DNA from: Schizosaccharomyces osmophilus
Taxonomy: Eukaryota
Reading direction: 5' to 3'
Assembly (NCBI RefSeq): GCF_027921745.1
Contig: NC_079240.1
Coordinates: forward strand, 1,922,001 to 1,986,000
DNA length: 64,000 nucleotides
The notes beneath the pieces were generated by a model, which saw only the letters and a program-made list of their open reading frames with translations, made no database searches and was not told the DNA's origin. Both the position numbers and the translations under genes were made by a program. Positions 61,854 through 64,000 of this stretch are shown in pieces; the stretch's first letter is position 1, and each line of letters opens with the position of its first letter.

Positions 61854-61924
61854 GCATCAGTGGTGTAGCGGTAACATGGATGCCTTCCAAGCATTCGCTC
61901 CGGGTTCGACTCCCGGCTGATGCA
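61854..61924 (+). tRNA. tRNA-Gly(TCC)
   Basis: Acceptor stem GCATCAG/CTGATGC, anticodon arm GATGC-CT-TCC-AA-GCATT and T-loop GGTTCGACTCC. Confidence 0.95.
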
Positions 61925-62205
61925 AGCTGTTCACAGAATCTTATTTTTTTTCAACAAAAAGAAAATAAACAACTACATAAAGCTTAAAGCATTGCCAATT
62001 AAAAAACGGATGAAGTTTCATTAAATAGACAAGTAAATAAATACCTAAACTTTACAAGAGCAATGCTATACCATCAAAAAGTAATTAGCAAAAAGGGAAG
62101 GGGGAACAGAATCTCGACTTAAATCGAGCGTACGACAAAATGGCCTGAATGTATCATATTTCTTGTTTTTGGGATTACCTCGTTAGCAAGTAATATAGAT
62201 GTGTA

Positions 62206-63729
62206 TTAGTGTGAAAGCCTGGTCACTAGTGGAACTTCACTGAGGGCTTGGCAACTGTATCCAGTAATTAATAAGCCAGGAGGAAGTGATTCATATCTGT
62301 TATACACCTCAATAACATTATCCAAAGTTGAAAAAATAAATCGTTGATCGGGACAAGAGACTCGCTCTGCTATACATACAGGCAGATCTTTAGGCCAACC
62401 ATTCTGCAACAGAGCAGAAACGAGAATGTCCAATCGATGCAACGCCATCAGAAAGACAGCTGTTTGCGAAGCGACAAATGGAGGTATTACTGGCATGGCA
62501 CCTTTTTGGCTCGTACCAGTGCAGACCAACAATTGATCTGCTATCCCTCGTTGAGTTATGGGAATTCCAGCTGAAACGGGAGCCATTAACGCGCTGCTAA
62601 TACCAGGAATAACTTTTGGGACATAGCCGTGCTTATGGAAGAATAATACTTCTTCACCACCTCTCCCATATATGTAAGGATCACCTTGCTTCAATCGCAC
62701 GACATAGTCACCTCGCATTAATGCGTCTAAAGCTACTTCGTGAAGCTCATCTTGGGCTCTATCAGCATTTCCTGGGAATTTTCGTGCAATAAATAAAGGC
62801 GTATGACGAGGAATGAGCTTCAAAACAGATTCTGGTACCAGCTTATCGGCTAGGATGTAGTCGGCCTTTCGAATGGCGTTCCGGGCAGCAACGGTCAAAA
62901 GCTCAGGATCTCCTGGTCCACTACCCACGAGCACGATCGTTCCTTTTTTATTAGTAGAGAAATTATTTGGATCGAGGGGAAGAGAGACCTTTTCCTTTGC
63001 AAAGTCTTCCTGAGAGGACAGGCTTGTTCGGGAGCTACTTGTGGAAGAGGGTTCACTGGAGGAGAGAGGTAAAACATAATCATCCGAGATAATAGAAAGG
63101 ATATCATCTTCAGACATACGAATTAGTTTTTCAAGCGGCCAAAATTCGCTGACGTGGTTGATCCACTGTCTCTTTTGTGGGTTCTGAGTAGAGGAACGGG
63201 CAATCCCAAAACGACGTACAGCTTCACCGGTTCCTGATGGAAGACTACTGACAACATGACGCAAAAGCCTTTGAGCAATTCGGCAACCGTTGGAAGTAGT
63301 ACTGAGAGCTATCTGTAGCGGGGGCTCTGACCAGCAGGCTGGAAGGGTAAAAGAACACAAAGAAGGAGAATCTACGATATTAAGGGGAATGCGATTTTGT
63401 TTACATAGGTCATAAATGTCCTCGTTGAACGTAAACTTTGTATCGGTAATGAAGACTATGTCGACAATATAATTTGTGAAAGCATTACCTAAAGTGAACA
63501 AAGAAGTTGAAAGGTCGAAAGAATGCATAGGTACTAGCTGTACCTTATCAATGGCCAATTTATCAGGTTGAAAAGGACCCAAATCAAATCCACCGGTCGT
63601 GCTTGATTCACAAAACCAAATAACCTTGGAGACATCCTCTGACAAGCAAAGATCTACCCGTTTGCATGCTGATTTCCCAGAACCGATGACAATAGCCACC
63701 GCATCCTTTAATGAAGTAGACAAAAGCAT
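62206..63729 (-). CDS. met1: Uroporphyrinogen-III C-methyltransferase Met1 (siroheme synthesis)
   Basis: LVGSGPGDPELLT, RLKQGDPYIYGRGGEE and VIPGISS motifs, with an N-terminal CysG-B-like domain (NIVDSPSLCSF). First ATG at 63729. Confidence 0.93.
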   Translation of the reverse strand: MLLSTSLKDAVAIVIGSGKSACKRVDLCLSEDVSKVIWFCESSTTGGFDLGPFQPDKLAIDKVQLVPMHSFDLSTSLFTLGNAFTNYIVDIVFITDTKFTFNEDIYDLCKQNRIPLNIVDSPSLCSFTLPACWSEPPLQIALSTTSNGCRIAQRLLRHVVSSLPSGTGEAVRRFGIARSSTQNPQKRQWINHVSEFWPLEKLIRMSEDDILSIISDDYVLPLSSSEPSSTSSSRTSLSSQEDFAKEKVSLPLDPNNFSTNKKGTIVLVGSGPGDPELLTVAARNAIRKADYILADKLVPESVLKLIPRHTPLFIARKFPGNADRAQDELHEVALDALMRGDYVVRLKQGDPYIYGRGGEEVLFFHKHGYVPKVIPGISSALMAPVSAGIPITQRGIADQLLVCTGTSQKGAMPVIPPFVASQTAVFLMALHRLDILVSALLQNGWPKDLPVCIAERVSCPDQRFIFSTLDNVIEVYNRYESLPPGLLITGYSCQALSEVPLVTRLSH

Positions 63730-64000
63730 TTTTCTCTCGGTTACAATGGATACAAAGACCAAAAGATAATTCTGATTAAGACGAAAACTTAGGTGGGTTT
63801 CGACTTCGTAGCCTCGTCAAATGCTTGTGTACGGAAAGGACAAGCCAAATTGTGGGGGACGACTAGGAATTGTTCAAAAAAACCAAAAATTCACGCTTTT
63901 GAACTGTTCCCTATGGGCGTACTCAACTGAAATGCACTCAAAAAGATTCCAAAAAACGACAATAGTATTTCCTAAAAGTCAAATAAAAGAAAACAAAAAC

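Overview
Eukaryotic, intron-containing, AT-rich DNA from a fission yeast (Schizosaccharomyces). Dispersed 5S rDNA next to a five-exon wtf gene suggests the S. octosporus/osmophilus/cryophilus clade (inference). Bases 1-52,300 and 62,200-64,000 are housekeeping genes, in the order I recall for the S. pombe chromosome III SPCC18-290-4F11-1906-1739 block: pyridoxal kinase, utp23, trm82, rpp0, dph7, fmn1, an ARM-repeat gene, fum1, rpc34, nup186, ams2, ptc1, med2-like, imt2, mpg1, cue3, a CCCH zinc-finger gene, mrpl22, hrr1, dms1, set5 and met1. A tRNA-Lys and a frameshifted adh1 copy lie among them. Between set5 and met1 is a ~9.4 kb accessory island bounded by tRNA genes. It contains a 4,167-bp cassette made of two direct-repeat 5S rRNA genes around an intact five-exon wtf-type meiotic-drive gene and a divergent two-exon PY-motif membrane-protein gene (wag-like). 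The island also holds a decayed wtf/wag-like gene and two small orphan two-TM ORFs. A diverged copy of the wtf/wag intergenic promoter lies 19 kb away, between cue3 and the CCCH gene. Exon models were built by hand from GT..branch..AG signals, and gene names are from recalled orthology, not database searches.
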